Shown here piece after piece: positions 18,748 to 30,694 of a DNA stretch of 64,000 nucleotides. The position numbers and the translations under genes are program-made. Below the pieces are notes generated by a model. That model did not search any database and was not told where the DNA came from. It saw only the letters and a program-made list of their open reading frames with translations. Positions within the stretch are counted from its first letter, which is position 1. Each line of letters opens with the position of its first letter. Origin of the DNA: Candidatus Latescibacterota bacterium (GTDB taxonomy: Bacteria > Latescibacterota > UBA2968 > UBA8231); the NCBI GenBank assembly GCA_964291625.2, contig OZ220089.1:32001-96000 (forward strand). Reading direction: 5' to 3'.

Positions 18748-19472
18748 GCCGGCCTCCCGGCCCCGTGCGGGGCTTCCGCGTCCGGCCGGCGGCGGCGCTC
18801 CTCCTCGAAGCGGGCGACGATCTCGTCGCTGCCGTTGATGCTGCCGCGCAGCCAGCGCAGGAGCAGCTCCTCGCGCTCCGACTCTCCCAGGCGCCAGTCG
18901 GCGGCCCCCAGGCGCAGGCGGCGCGTCAGCTCGCGCAGCACGAGGGCGGCGCTCACGGAGATGTTGAGGCTCTCGGTGAATCCCACCATGGGGATGTGGA
19001 CCCTCTCCGGGCAGCGGCCCAGGGCCTCCTCGGTGAGCCCCTCCAGCTCGGTGCCGAAGAGCACCGCCGCCGGCCCCGCGCAGGGGTCGAAGTCGTCCAC
19101 GGAGGCCGCCCCGGTCGCCGGCGTGGCCGCCACCAGCCGGTATCCCCGCGCCGACAGCTCGTCGCAGCAGCGCCCGATGGCCGCGCCCTCCCCCGCCTGC
19201 CAGCGGACCACGTCGAGCCAGCGGGCGGCGCCGAGGGCGACGTCGCGGCTGACGCGGAACTCGTTGCGCTCCTCCACGACGTGGACCTCCTGGACGCCGA
19301 AGCACTCGCACGAGCGCAGGACGGCGCTGGCGTTGTGGGGCTGGTAGACCTCCTCGAGGACCACGGTGATCCAGCGCGTGCGCTCGGCCAGCACCGCCCG
19401 CATGCGGCGCAGGCGGCGCGGGGTTACGTGCCGCGACAGATGCTCGACCAGACCGGCGCTACCGGGAGCCAT
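18744..19472 (-). CDS. trmH: TrmH/SpoU RNA methyltransferase
   Basis: PHNASAVLRSCE, FGTELEGL, IPMVGFTESLNISV. Confidence 0.88.
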   Translation of the reverse strand: MAPGSAGLVEHLSRHVTPRRLRRMRAVLAERTRWITVVLEEVYQPHNASAVLRSCECFGVQEVHVVEERNEFRVSRDVALGAARWLDVVRWQAGEGAAIGRCCDELSARGYRLVAATPATGAASVDDFDPCAGPAAVLFGTELEGLTEEALGRCPERVHIPMVGFTESLNISVSAALVLRELTRRLRLGAADWRLGESEREELLLRWLRGSINGSDEIVARFEEERRRRPDAEAPHGAGRPA

Positions 19473-19560
19473 GGCAAGAGAGTAGGCAACCGCCGGAGGG
19501 TCACCAACCGGGTCGCGGCTCGCTGGCCGCGCCGCTGGGCGGCCGTTAACGTACCCCCCC

Positions 19561-20268
19561 ATGTGCGGGCGCTTCACCCTCCATCACGGTACCGAGGAGC
19601 TGACCGAACGCTTCGCCGTGGAGCAGGCCCTGCTCGACCTGAAGCCGCGCTACAACATCGCCCCCTCCCAGCCGGTGGCCGCCGTGGTCCAGCGCGAGAG
19701 CCGGGTCCTGGTGGAGCTGCAGTGGGGGCTGGTGCCGTCCTGGGCCCGGGACCCGGCCGTGGGAGACCGCATGATCAACGCCCGCGCCGAGTCGGCGGCC
19801 ACGAGGCCCGCCTTCCGCAACGCCTTCGCCCGCGGGCGCTGCCTGATCCCGGCCAGCGGCTGGTTCGAGTGGCGGCGGCGGGGCCGGCAGCGCATCCCCA
19901 TGCTGCTGCGGCGGCGGGGCGGCGAGCCCCTGGCCCTGGCCGGGCTCTACGAGCGCTGGAAGCGGTCGGACGACGCCGTCCTGCGCACCTGCGCCATCCT
20001 CACCACCGAACCGGACGGGGTCGCCGGATCGGTCCACGACCGCATGCCGGCGGTCCTGACGGCGGCGGCCTGCGAGCTCTGGCTCGACCGCGGGATCGAG
20101 GACCCGGAGCGCCTGTCGCGCCTGCTGCGCCCCTACCCCCTCGGCGACCTCGTGGCCCATCCCGTCTCGGACCGGGTGAACCGGCCCGACGAGGACGACC
20201 CCGCCCTGCTCGAGGAGGTGGAGTTGCCGCCGCCGGAGGACCACGGCCAGCTCGCCCTGGGGCTGTAA
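19561..20268 (+). CDS. SOS response-associated peptidase (SRAP/YedK)
   Basis: MCGRF N-terminus, RYNIAPSQ, INARAE, HDRMP. Confidence 0.95.
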   Translation: MCGRFTLHHGTEELTERFAVEQALLDLKPRYNIAPSQPVAAVVQRESRVLVELQWGLVPSWARDPAVGDRMINARAESAATRPAFRNAFARGRCLIPASGWFEWRRRGRQRIPMLLRRRGGEPLALAGLYERWKRSDDAVLRTCAILTTEPDGVAGSVHDRMPAVLTAAACELWLDRGIEDPERLSRLLRPYPLGDLVAHPVSDRVNRPDEDDPALLEEVELPPPEDHGQLALGL

Positions 20269-20273
20269 CCGCG

Positions 20274-20411
20274 ATGCCCGCCATCCTGGACCACCCGTTG
20301 GTCCTCTTCCTGGCCGCCGTCCTCGTGGGCTGGTTCCTGCTGCGGGACACGGTGGGCGCCATCGTCAGCCTCGTCCAGTCGGCCTGGCGGACCTGCTTCC
20401 GGGGCCGCTGA
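20274..20411 (+). CDS. small single-TM protein (45 aa)
   Basis: ATG 5 nt after SRAP stop; hydrophobic helix; host-like codon usage. Confidence 0.45.
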   Translation: MPAILDHPLVLFLAAVLVGWFLLRDTVGAIVSLVQSAWRTCFRGR

Positions 20412-20486
20412 GGGCGGCCCCGGGCGGGCGGTCCTCCACCCGGCTCCGACTCCGACGCGGGCCGTCCGGTCGGACGGCCCCTCCCT

Positions 20487-20960
20487 TCAGGGGGCGGCCC
20501 CGACCAGCGCCTTGATCCGCGCCCACGTGGACGGGCGGGCGGCCGTGGAGACGGCCTCGGGGGGCCGGCTCTCGGCGTCCGCCGGATCGGTGACCCGGGC
20601 GGCGTCGCCGGGGGGATCGTCTCCCGCCTCCCAGGTGCCTTCGGGATCGCCGAGCTCCTGGCCGTTGGTGAAGCCGTCGCCGTCGGAGTCGAGGGCGGCC
20701 AGCTCCGGCGTCCAGAAGACCTCGCGGCCGTTGACCGTGACCAGGGCCTCCACGTCGAGGCCGAACCCGTTGCGCGGGCTGCCGCCGCCGGAGACATGGC
20801 AGAGGTTGCAGCCGGCGCCCACGGCCTCGGCGTTGGGGACCATGTTGCCCCGGAAGCCGCGGGCCTCGGCGGCTCCGGTCCACGGTCCCGCGGTCCACAG
20901 GCCGGCGGCCGCGAGGGCGGCGGCCAGCAGAGCGGGGTTTCTCCCGACTCGTGAACTCAT
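20487..20960 (-). CDS. secreted temptin-like protein with CxxCH and TW-x-x-IK tail
   Basis: Signal peptide; CNLCH; [23 protein letters not shown]; ends [16 protein letters not shown]. Confidence 0.7.
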   Translation of the reverse strand: MSSRVGRNPALLAAALAAAGLWTAGPWTGAAEARGFRGNMVPNAEAVGAGCNLCHVSGGGSPRNGFGLDVEALVTVNGREVFWTPELAALDSDGDGFTNGQELGDPEGTWEAGDDPPGDAARVTDPADAESRPPEAVSTAARPSTWARIKALVGAAP

Positions 20961-21622
20961 GCTTCCTCCTCCTGGCGGGCAGCCCACAGCAGGCCGCGGC
21001 GCTGGATCTCCCGGGCCTCTGGCACCTCGAAGTCGGCGGCCACGTGGCCCAGCGATGAGTAGAACACCCTGCCCTCGCCCCAGACCCGCTTCCAGACCAC
21101 GGGCATCACCGTGCCGTTGACCCAGGGCGCGCTGCGGGCGTCGAAGGTGGTGGTGGCCAGCACCTCGTTGCCCGGGTCGACGTGCATGTAGTACTGCTCC
21201 GAGTGCATGCGGAAGTCGTCCATGCCGCGGACGACGGGGTCGTCGGGGGCGGTGATGTCGACGGTGTAGTCCTTGACCCCGTCGGGGTGGCCGACGAACT
21301 GGCCGCCCGTCATCATCTGGTAGCCGCAGTGGTTGCGGAAGGCGTCGCACATGCCGCCGTGCCAGCCCCCCAGGCCGACGCCGCCCTCCACGGCCTGCAG
21401 CAGCCCCCTCTCCTGCTCGCCCTCGATGGCGCCCATCGTCCAGCAGGGCACCACCAGGCTCAGGGAGCCCATGAGGTCGGCGTCGAGGTAGCTGTCCATG
21501 GTGTCGGACAGGATCACCTCGAGCCCCGCCTCCTGCAGCAGCGGCGCGAAGATGTCGACACACTCCTTCGGCTGGTGTCCGTCCCAACCGCCGTAGACCA
21601 TCAGGACCCTGGACCGGGGCAT
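20957..21622 (-). CDS. ThuA-like (glutamine amidotransferase-fold) protein
   Basis: [38 protein letters not shown]. Confidence 0.85.
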   Translation of the reverse strand: MPRSRVLMVYGGWDGHQPKECVDIFAPLLQEAGLEVILSDTMDSYLDADLMGSLSLVVPCWTMGAIEGEQERGLLQAVEGGVGLGGWHGGMCDAFRNHCGYQMMTGGQFVGHPDGVKDYTVDITAPDDPVVRGMDDFRMHSEQYYMHVDPGNEVLATTTFDARSAPWVNGTVMPVVWKRVWGEGRVFYSSLGHVAADFEVPEAREIQRRGLLWAARQEEEA

Positions 21623-21679
21623 TCGACCCTCCTCCTCTCCCTTCGAGATGCGGCCTCGCCGCGCCAGGGGCGCGGCCCT

Positions 21680-23512
<1,833 letters not shown>

Positions 23513-23517
23513 CGTCC

Positions 23518-24963
23518 TCACCCGGCGGCCGCCACGCCCCGCCTCTCTTCGAGCTGCCTGCGGACCTGGTAGGCCTTCTCCTCGGTCAGGGTGTGGGTGG
23601 CGATCGCCCAGATGGCCAGCGCCGAGGTGACCATGGGCACGACCACGTCGAAGAGGCGCATGAGGAAGATGGTGCGCGCCGTCTGCGCCCCCTCGAGGGC
23701 GACGTCGAAGCCGGTGGCGTTGAGCAGCACGCCGCCGCCGGCCAGGGCCAGGGCCATGCCCAGCTTGACCACCCACCAGAAGATGGAGCCGAACATGCCC
23801 TCGCGGCGCTCGTGGGTCTCCAGCTCGTCGAGGTCGCAGACGTCGGCGATCATCGACGGCATGACGGTGAACAGGCAGCCGAGGCCGAAGGCCATGAAGG
23901 GGGTGGGCAGCAGCAGCAGCAGCGGATGGGCCGGGTCGTAGCAGACCCACTTCAGCCCGTAGCCGAGGATGGAGACGCCGATGCACAGGTAGAAGGTCTG
24001 GCGCTTGCCGATGTGGGTGCCCAGCCAGGTCACCAGGGCGATGACCACGAAGGTCGACGCCGCCGCCAGGGTGCCGGACCAGCCCGCGTATTGAGCGCCC
24101 AGGGACTGGTCCCCGGAGAACACGTAGTAGATGATGACGTAGGCCTGGAAGGAGGAGACCAGGATGAAGCCGTTGAAGACCAGGAAGGTGGCGGCGCAGA
24201 GCTTGAGGAAGGGCCGGAACCTCAGGGTGGCCAGGAAGCCGCTGAAGAACTGTTCCATGCTGCGGCGGAATCCGGAGCCCGCGCCGTCGGCCTCGGCGGC
24301 GGCGACCTCCTTGTAGCGCTCGCGCAGGAGGATCGCCGGCAGCACCCCGATGGCGATGGTGAACAGGCCGATCGCCACCGACAGGCCGGCGGCCCCGGCC
24401 ACCAGGTCGTCGAAGAGAGGCTCGTACTTCATGACCCACAGGAACCACGGGGTCACCACGTAGGCGAGCTGGCCGATGAAGTTCTGCACCCCCATGAGGC
24501 GGGTGCGCTCGTGGTAGTCCGGGGTCAGCTCGTAGCCGAGGGCGACCCAGGGCGTGGCGAAGATCGTGTACCCGAGGTAGAACAGGAGCGAGCCGACGAG
24601 GAAGTAGACGAAGTAGAAGCCCTCGCTCTGGCCGCGGGGCAGCTGCCACAACAGGATGAAGAGCAGGCCGGCGCCGATCGCCCCGGCGAAGATCCAGGGC
24701 CGGCGCCGCCCCCACCGCGACCGGGTGTGGTCGGTGATGTAGCCCATGAGGGGGTCGGTGAGGGCGTCGGTCAGGCGGGGCAGGGCGCCGAGGAGGCCCA
24801 CGAGGGCGGGGTTCATGCCCAGGCCCAGGTTGAGGACGATGGTCATGCCGCCGATCGCCCCGGCGAGGAGGTTGTTGACGAAGGCGCCGAGGCCGTAGGC
24901 CACCTTCTGGAAGAAGGGGATCCGGTCTTCGGGCGCCGTGTGGTAGTGACGCTCGGGGCTCAT
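23518..24963 (-). CDS. GPH-family MFS sugar symporter
   Basis: DALTDPLMGYITDHTRSRWGRRRPW, ELTPDYHERT, ADVCDLDE..RREG. Confidence 0.9.
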   Translation of the reverse strand: MSPERHYHTAPEDRIPFFQKVAYGLGAFVNNLLAGAIGGMTIVLNLGLGMNPALVGLLGALPRLTDALTDPLMGYITDHTRSRWGRRRPWIFAGAIGAGLLFILLWQLPRGQSEGFYFVYFLVGSLLFYLGYTIFATPWVALGYELTPDYHERTRLMGVQNFIGQLAYVVTPWFLWVMKYEPLFDDLVAGAAGLSVAIGLFTIAIGVLPAILLRERYKEVAAAEADGAGSGFRRSMEQFFSGFLATLRFRPFLKLCAATFLVFNGFILVSSFQAYVIIYYVFSGDQSLGAQYAGWSGTLAAASTFVVIALVTWLGTHIGKRQTFYLCIGVSILGYGLKWVCYDPAHPLLLLLPTPFMAFGLGCLFTVMPSMIADVCDLDELETHERREGMFGSIFWWVVKLGMALALAGGGVLLNATGFDVALEGAQTARTIFLMRLFDVVVPMVTSALAIWAIATHTLTEEKAYQVRRQLEERRGVAAAG

Positions 24964-25802
24964 TCCCCGGCTCGCTGGTAGACGCGCACGTAGTCGACGA
25001 GCATCCTCCGCGGGAAGGGGGTGGAGGCGTCGGGATCGCCGGCGAACCAGCCCCCCACGGCGACGTTGAGGAGGATGAAGAAGGGGTGGTCGAAGACCCA
25101 GTCGGCGCCCGAAGGCAGGTCGGCGGGGGTCACCTCGTGGAACTGGAAGTCGTCGACGTACCAGCGGATCCGGTGCGGCTCCCAGTCCACGGCGAAGAGG
25201 CGGAAGCGCCCCGCCAGGCCGCCGACGATGGCGGCCTCCGTGCCCAGGCCGCCGCCTCCGGAGTAGCCGGGCCCGTGGACGGTGCCCGCCACCACCGCCG
25301 GATGCTGGCCGCGGAACTCCATGACGTCGATCTCGCCGCAGGCGGGCCACCCGGCGGAGTCGATGTCGTTGCCGAGAAGCCAGAAGGCCGGCCAGATCCC
25401 CTGCCCTTCCGGCAGCTGGATGCGCGCCTCGAAGCGGCCGTACGCCGCCTCGAAGAGCCCCTGGGTCTTGATCCGCGCCGACGTGTAGCCGTTGCCGCCG
25501 AAGCTCTCCCGCCGGGCGACGATGGCCAGGCGGCCCTCGCCGTCGAGGGCCGCGTTCTCCGGGCGGTCGGTGTTGTGCTCGAGCTGCCCGTTGCCCCAGC
25601 CGTGTCCGCCCACGTCGAAGCGCCAGCGCCCCGGGTCGGGGAGGGTGCCCGCCGGGCCCTCGAACTCGTCGGACCAGACCAGCTCGAGGGCGGCGTCGCC
25701 GCCGCCGGTGTCGGACGGACTGGAGCTGCCGCCGCAGGCCGACAGGACGGCGGCGACGGCGAGGACGGGGTACCTGCGGACCATGGTCATCGTCGCGCGC
25801 AC
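24960..25802 (-). CDS. GH16 laminarinase-type lipoprotein
   Basis: Lipobox LSAC, LVWSDEF, WPAFWLLG, WPACGEIDVME. Confidence 0.93.
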   Translation of the reverse strand: MRATMTMVRRYPVLAVAAVLSACGGSSSPSDTGGGDAALELVWSDEFEGPAGTLPDPGRWRFDVGGHGWGNGQLEHNTDRPENAALDGEGRLAIVARRESFGGNGYTSARIKTQGLFEAAYGRFEARIQLPEGQGIWPAFWLLGNDIDSAGWPACGEIDVMEFRGQHPAVVAGTVHGPGYSGGGGLGTEAAIVGGLAGRFRLFAVDWEPHRIRWYVDDFQFHEVTPADLPSGADWVFDHPFFILLNVAVGGWFAGDPDASTPFPRRMLVDYVRVYQRAGE

Positions 25803-25842
25803 GGAGGGTGTCGGTATCCGGGACGTGCCGTGGCCCGAGGGT

Positions 25843-27006
25843 CTAGTCGGAGAGGAAGACGCCGTCGACGAGGACGAAGTCGCCGGCCGCCGCCTTCGGG
25901 CCGGTCAGCGACAGGGGCGAGGTCACCGCGGTCAGGTCCAGCCCCTTGGCGGCGAAGTCGGCCAGGGGAATCGCCAGGGAGTGCCACTCCCCGTCGGCGG
26001 CGTACCCGTAGTCGGCGGCGAGCACGAAGTGGCGGTCGTCCGAGGCCCCGTTCATGCCGACCTCGATGACGGCCAGGCTCTCGGAGCGGAAGCTCACGTG
26101 CAGGGCCGTCCAGCCCGACAGGTCCCGGGGATCGCTCCAGTGCACGCCCATCCCCCACCATTCGCCGCCGGCGTGGACCAGCCGGTGCGCCGCCTGCCCC
26201 TCCAGGGCCTCGTCCGTCTCCTGCACCGAGACCGTGTTGTCGTAGAGGAACAGGTTCGCCGTGGCGTTGTCGATCTCCACCATCTCCGACGAGGGGCCCT
26301 CGTAGAACACGCCGATGCTCAGGCGGCGGCCGGCGTCCGCCGTGGCCGTGCTCCCCGGCGTCAGGTCGAAGTAGAGGTTGTCGATGAGGACGAAGTCGCC
26401 GGCCTCCGACTTCGGACCTCCCAGGGACAAGGGCGAGGTCACCGCCGCCAGGTCCAGCCCCCGGGCGGCGAAGTCGGCCAGGGGGATCTGCAGGCTGTGC
26501 CACTCCCCGTCGGCGGCGTACCCGTAGTCGCTGGCCCGCACGGCGTGACGGTCGTCGGCCGCCCCGTTGAGGCCGATCTCGACCTCGGCCAGGCTCTCGG
26601 AGCGGAAGCTGACGTGCAGCGACGCCCATCTGGACAGGTCCCGGGGGCTGCTCCAGTGCACGCCCATCCCCCACCAGTCGCCGCCGGCGTGGACCAGGCG
26701 GTGCGCCAGGCGCCCCTCCAGGGGCTCGCCCACCTCCTCCACCGAGACCGTGCTCTCGTAGAGGTAGAGGTGCGCCGTGGAGTTGTCGATCTCCACCAGC
26801 TCCGACGAGCCCCCCTCGTAGAAGACGCCCACGCTCAGGCGCTGCTCGCCGGGCTCGAAGGGATCCGGCCCCGGCAGTCCGGCCTCCTCCCCGCCGTCGG
26901 GGCTCACCGCCAGGTCGAAGCTCTCCTGGGACTCGTAGTCGGCGTCGTCCAGCCCCGACCGGCAGGCGGCCAGCAGGACGAGCAGCGCCAGGCTCCAGCG
27001 GGTCAT
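25843..27006 (-). CDS. lipoprotein with two tandem ~155-aa CBM-like domains
   Basis: LAAC lipobox; RLS(V/I)GVFYEG...WWGMGVHW...DGEWHSL.IPLADF occurs twice. Confidence 0.75.
   Translation of the reverse strand: MTRWSLALLVLLAACRSGLDDADYESQESFDLAVSPDGGEEAGLPGPDPFEPGEQRLSVGVFYEGGSSELVEIDNSTAHLYLYESTVSVEEVGEPLEGRLAHRLVHAGGDWWGMGVHWSSPRDLSRWASLHVSFRSESLAEVEIGLNGAADDRHAVRASDYGYAADGEWHSLQIPLADFAARGLDLAAVTSPLSLGGPKSEAGDFVLIDNLYFDLTPGSTATADAGRRLSIGVFYEGPSSEMVEIDNATANLFLYDNTVSVQETDEALEGQAAHRLVHAGGEWWGMGVHWSDPRDLSGWTALHVSFRSESLAVIEVGMNGASDDRHFVLAADYGYAADGEWHSLAIPLADFAAKGLDLTAVTSPLSLTGPKAAAGDFVLVDGVFLSD
25846..26842. repeat. intragenic tandem duplication (~480 bp x2)
   Basis: ~25846-26326 and ~26362-26842 are highly similar at DNA level. 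Confidence 0.85.
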
Positions 27007-27560
27007 CGCCTCACCGCCTTCTGGTTGCCGTCGGGGTCCTGGACCAGCAGCCAGCCGCCGGTGGGGGTCCCGCCGAGGTCGAGGATGCCGAGGTAGGCCG
27101 CGGTCACCAGCTCGAAGGAGAAGGTGCCGGTGGCGTCCCAGCTGGCCGCGTCGGGGAAGTGGTCGAGGACGGACTGGAAGGCGGCCAGGGCCATGTCGCG
27201 CACCCGGGGCAGGTCCTCCTGCCGGGCCAGGCCCTTCGACCAGATCCGGCCGAGGTTGAGGGCCACGTAGTACTGGTGCTCGCCGGTGGGCTGGTTGGCC
27301 AGCCAGGTGGCCCAGCTGTAGTAGGCGGCCACGTGGTTCCCCGTGCTCTGGATGTCCCACTTGGTCTCCGGGCCGCTGGAGGCCCGGGCGAAGGGGTTGT
27401 TCGGGTCGTCGAGGACGGCCTTGCTCGGGTGGATGCCGGCGCTCTCGTCGTGGACCGCCAGGGGCGCGTCGCCCAAGGGGCTGCCGTAGACCAAGGGACC
27501 CGGCTCGGAACAGCCGGCCGCCAGCAGAGCCAGCAGGGGGATGGCGCTCGTCGGCTTCAT
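27003..27560 (-). CDS. hypothetical lipoprotein of glucan cluster
   Basis: LLAAGC lipobox; translationally coupled to downstream gene. Confidence 0.7.
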   Translation of the reverse strand: MKPTSAIPLLALLAAGCSEPGPLVYGSPLGDAPLAVHDESAGIHPSKAVLDDPNNPFARASSGPETKWDIQSTGNHVAAYYSWATWLANQPTGEHQYYVALNLGRIWSKGLARQEDLPRVRDMALAAFQSVLDHFPDAASWDATGTFSFELVTAAYLGILDLGGTPTGGWLLVQDPDGNQKAVRR

Positions 27561-27567
27561 GGTCGCC

Positions 27568-30500
27568 TCACAGTCCGACGTGGACGTAGAGGCCGACCTC
27601 GACCTCGGCGCCGGTGGCTCCGGGATCGCCGGGGTCGGCCACGTACTCGGGTGAGTGCTCGTCGAGGGTGCGCACCTGGGCCCGCAGGCCGAAGCGCGTC
27701 GAGGCGCCCTCCAGGCCGGCTGGCTTCAGCCCGTACGAGACGTCGCCGTACCACTGGAGCGGGTAGGTCAGGTTGAAGTCCCGGTGGAAGTCGTACGGCC
27801 CCCAGTCGTCGAGGCGCAGACGGGTGCGGGCGTCGACGGTGTGCCACCACAGGCGCAGGTCGCCGCCGTAGCGGCGGACCCGCCGCGGGTCGTCGCCGCG
27901 GGGCTCGCCTTCGCCGGCGAGGAGGGTGGTCGCCAGGCGCAGGTCGCGGCCGGGGTTGTGGACCGTGTGCAGCTTCGCCTCCCACTCGTCGGCGGCCGGC
28001 GGCGCCTCCCCGAAGGGCACGACGGCGCCGTTGGCCAGGGTGAAGGTGTGGGCGTCCCGGCGTTCCTCGTGGCGCCGGTACCACAGGTCCAGGGCGGCGA
28101 CGAAGGGGGCGTCCTCGCGGATGTCGCGGTCCCAGGTGTGGAACCAGGTACCCGGCGTCGGATCGTAGACCAGCAGCAGCTCGCCGGCCACGGTCTCGCG
28201 GTTGTCGAGCACGACGAAGGGGTCGTCGAGCACGTTCCGCGGCCGCACCGCCGGGTAGTAGAGGCCGGTGCGGGTGCTGTAGTGGTCGTCGATGCGCGGG
28301 TTGGCGGGCAGGATCGGCTGCTGGTAGAGGACCTGCGGGGAGATCTCCAGCAGGCCCAGGCGGTACGACGCGCCCGACGAGAGGGCCCAGTGGTTGCCGC
28401 GGCCGCTCTCCTTGAGCGACCAGCCGGTGAGCAGGGTGGCGCCCGGGTAGCCGCCGTCGGCGACGATGCCCTGCAGGCTGCCCTGGCCGTACCAGCGCGC
28501 GGCGCCCTCCCAGGTCAGGCGCAGGCGCCCGCCGAAGGTGTCCCCCCACTTCACCTCGTCGTCGATCACCTCCCAGCCGGAGTCGAGGTAGCCGCGGCCC
28601 GAGGTCTCCCGGACCCAGGTGAAGGGGTCGCCGACCTTGGTCGAGCCGGAGAAGATGCCGCCCACCTCCAGGGTCAGGGGCTTCGCGTCCCGGGCGACGT
28701 AGAGGGTGGTGCGGCGGTTGAGCGGCTCGGGCACGGCGAAGCTGGTCTGCGCTCCCGAGGCTTCCGCCAGGTCCTCGTGGTGGACGACCGACCAGCGCCA
28801 GCCGCCCCCCTCGCGGGAGTACTTGGCCAGCACCGCGGGGTTGGCCCCCCACCACAGCTCCGGTCCGACGGCGATCTTCCAGCCCTCCCAGGGCCCCTTG
28901 CCGGCGATCTCGAAGCCGTTCGGCGCCTGGCCGTTGTAGGTGTCGAGGTTGGGCCCGTAGTTGGCCTCCGGATAGAGGCCGAAGAAGTCGCCCTCGTAGC
29001 CCCAGTGGAAGTGGCCGGTGCGGAAGAAGCCCTCGACCGTGAAGCGCGGCCGCTCGATGGTGAAGTCGGCCGAATAGACGGCGAAGCGGTCGACCACCTC
29101 CCGGGGCTCACGGGAGGGCGCCTCGCCCGCCGCCGGCACGACCCGCTTCAGGGCGCGGTTCTCGTAGAAGATGTTGTCGAGGCGGTTCTGGCCCACGGCG
29201 CCGACGCCGTGCAGGGAGAGGCTGCCGCGCAGGTCGCCGCTGGCGATCTCGAAGTCGGTCCAGAAGGACTCGGTGTGGCCGAACCTCCCTCCCGGGCCGC
29301 GCTCGGTGCGCTCGTCGCCGTCGCTGATGCTCGACTCGTAGCGCATGCGCACGTCGCCGAGGCGCACGGCGCCCAGCCGCTTCACCTCGTCGAGGGCGCG
29401 GCCGGTGGCGTAGCGGTGGGAGTAGTCGGAGAGGCGGATCTCGCCGAAGCTCCGGCGGATGGCGTCGACCGTCGTCGTGCCGGCGTAGGGGTCCAGGCGG
29501 AAGGCGCGCTGCAGGACGTAGTAGGCGGTGCGCGGCGTCACCGGGATGAAGCCCCGGCCGTCGGAGGGCCCCTTGGCCGCGATCCCCCACCACTCCTCGT
29601 TCATGTTGTTGCGCCCCTCCACGAAGTCGTGGACGTAGGCGCCCGTCGCCCAGCTGGCGTTGGTGTCGTGGACGTCGAGGTTCTCCTCCTGGCGGAACTT
29701 CCACCAGCCGTCCGACCACTGGAAGATGAAGCCCCCCAGGGCGGTGCCGGCGCCGCCCTTGCCGTAGGACTGCTCGTAGATCTCCCGCCACTGGCCGAGG
29801 AGGTAGCCGGCCTGGGCCACGTCGTCCTCTCGGTCGCGCTTCGCGTCCCAGGCGTCGGCGCCGAACTCGGTGTAGACGAAGGGCACGCCCATCTCGTCGC
29901 GGACGCGCTGGAAGAGGTCGCCGCTGCTGACCCCGCGGTAGACGTTGGCACCCATGATGTCCACGTCGGCGCAGGTCCGGGCGATGACGTCGAGATAGTT
30001 GATGTCGCCGTTGGCCAGGGCCACCGGGTGGCGGTGGTCGAGGCCCTTGATCAGGGTCGCCCCCTCCCCCATCAGCGTGTACAGGTACTCGGCCCGCGGA
30101 TCGTCGGCCTCCTCGGGCAGGTCCTCGATCTCGAAGCTGGTCCACGACAGCCCGTAGTTGTTCTCGTTGCCGAGGAGGTACATCAGCACCCCCCGGGTCT
30201 CCTTGTAGGCCTCGACCGTCCTCTCCAGGTCCGCCAGGATCGCCCGCCGCGTGGTCTCGTCTCCGTAGTCGGTCTCCGGCACGAAGCGGCCGTTCACCTC
30301 GAAGCCGTAGCGCCCCATCAGGTGATTGACGGCGGTCATGATGCCGTAGCGGTCGTAGATGTGCTCCACCCAGCGGGGCGGGATCTCGGAGAACAGGCGG
30401 ATGGCGTTGACGCCCATGTCGCGGAGCATGGACATCTCGGCGTCGAGGGCCTCGACGATGAACTCGTCGGACTGTTCCCACAGGGAGTAGCGGTAGTTCT

Positions 30501-30684
30501 CGCCCACGGGGATGTAGCCCCAGTTCATGCCGAAGACCATGAAGTCCTCGCCGTCGACCTGGAGCTTCCAGCCGCGATCGTCCTCCACGAGGACCACCTC
30601 GTTCGCCTGCGCCTGCGCCCGGGGGGCGGCCCCGGCGAGCAGGGCCGGGAGCAGGAAGGCGGAGAGGAGCCGCAGGGCCGTCAT
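27568..30684 (-). CDS. clan GH-A glycosidase (GH2/GH158-like TIM barrel) fused to probable outer-membrane beta-barrel
   Basis: Signal peptide; GVNAIR, GNENNY (acid/base), YTEFGAD (nucleophile); C-terminal ~600 aa of amphipathic strands ending EVGLYVHVGL. Confidence 0.75.
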   Translation of the reverse strand: MTALRLLSAFLLPALLAGAAPRAQAQANEVVLVEDDRGWKLQVDGEDFMVFGMNWGYIPVGENYRYSLWEQSDEFIVEALDAEMSMLRDMGVNAIRLFSEIPPRWVEHIYDRYGIMTAVNHLMGRYGFEVNGRFVPETDYGDETTRRAILADLERTVEAYKETRGVLMYLLGNENNYGLSWTSFEIEDLPEEADDPRAEYLYTLMGEGATLIKGLDHRHPVALANGDINYLDVIARTCADVDIMGANVYRGVSSGDLFQRVRDEMGVPFVYTEFGADAWDAKRDREDDVAQAGYLLGQWREIYEQSYGKGGAGTALGGFIFQWSDGWWKFRQEENLDVHDTNASWATGAYVHDFVEGRNNMNEEWWGIAAKGPSDGRGFIPVTPRTAYYVLQRAFRLDPYAGTTTVDAIRRSFGEIRLSDYSHRYATGRALDEVKRLGAVRLGDVRMRYESSISDGDERTERGPGGRFGHTESFWTDFEIASGDLRGSLSLHGVGAVGQNRLDNIFYENRALKRVVPAAGEAPSREPREVVDRFAVYSADFTIERPRFTVEGFFRTGHFHWGYEGDFFGLYPEANYGPNLDTYNGQAPNGFEIAGKGPWEGWKIAVGPELWWGANPAVLAKYSREGGGWRWSVVHHEDLAEASGAQTSFAVPEPLNRRTTLYVARDAKPLTLEVGGIFSGSTKVGDPFTWVRETSGRGYLDSGWEVIDDEVKWGDTFGGRLRLTWEGAARWYGQGSLQGIVADGGYPGATLLTGWSLKESGRGNHWALSSGASYRLGLLEISPQVLYQQPILPANPRIDDHYSTRTGLYYPAVRPRNVLDDPFVVLDNRETVAGELLLVYDPTPGTWFHTWDRDIREDAPFVAALDLWYRRHEERRDAHTFTLANGAVVPFGEAPPAADEWEAKLHTVHNPGRDLRLATTLLAGEGEPRGDDPRRVRRYGGDLRLWWHTVDARTRLRLDDWGPYDFHRDFNLTYPLQWYGDVSYGLKPAGLEGASTRFGLRAQVRTLDEHSPEYVADPGDPGATGAEVEVGLYVHVGL

Positions 30685-30694
30685 CGGATCAACC

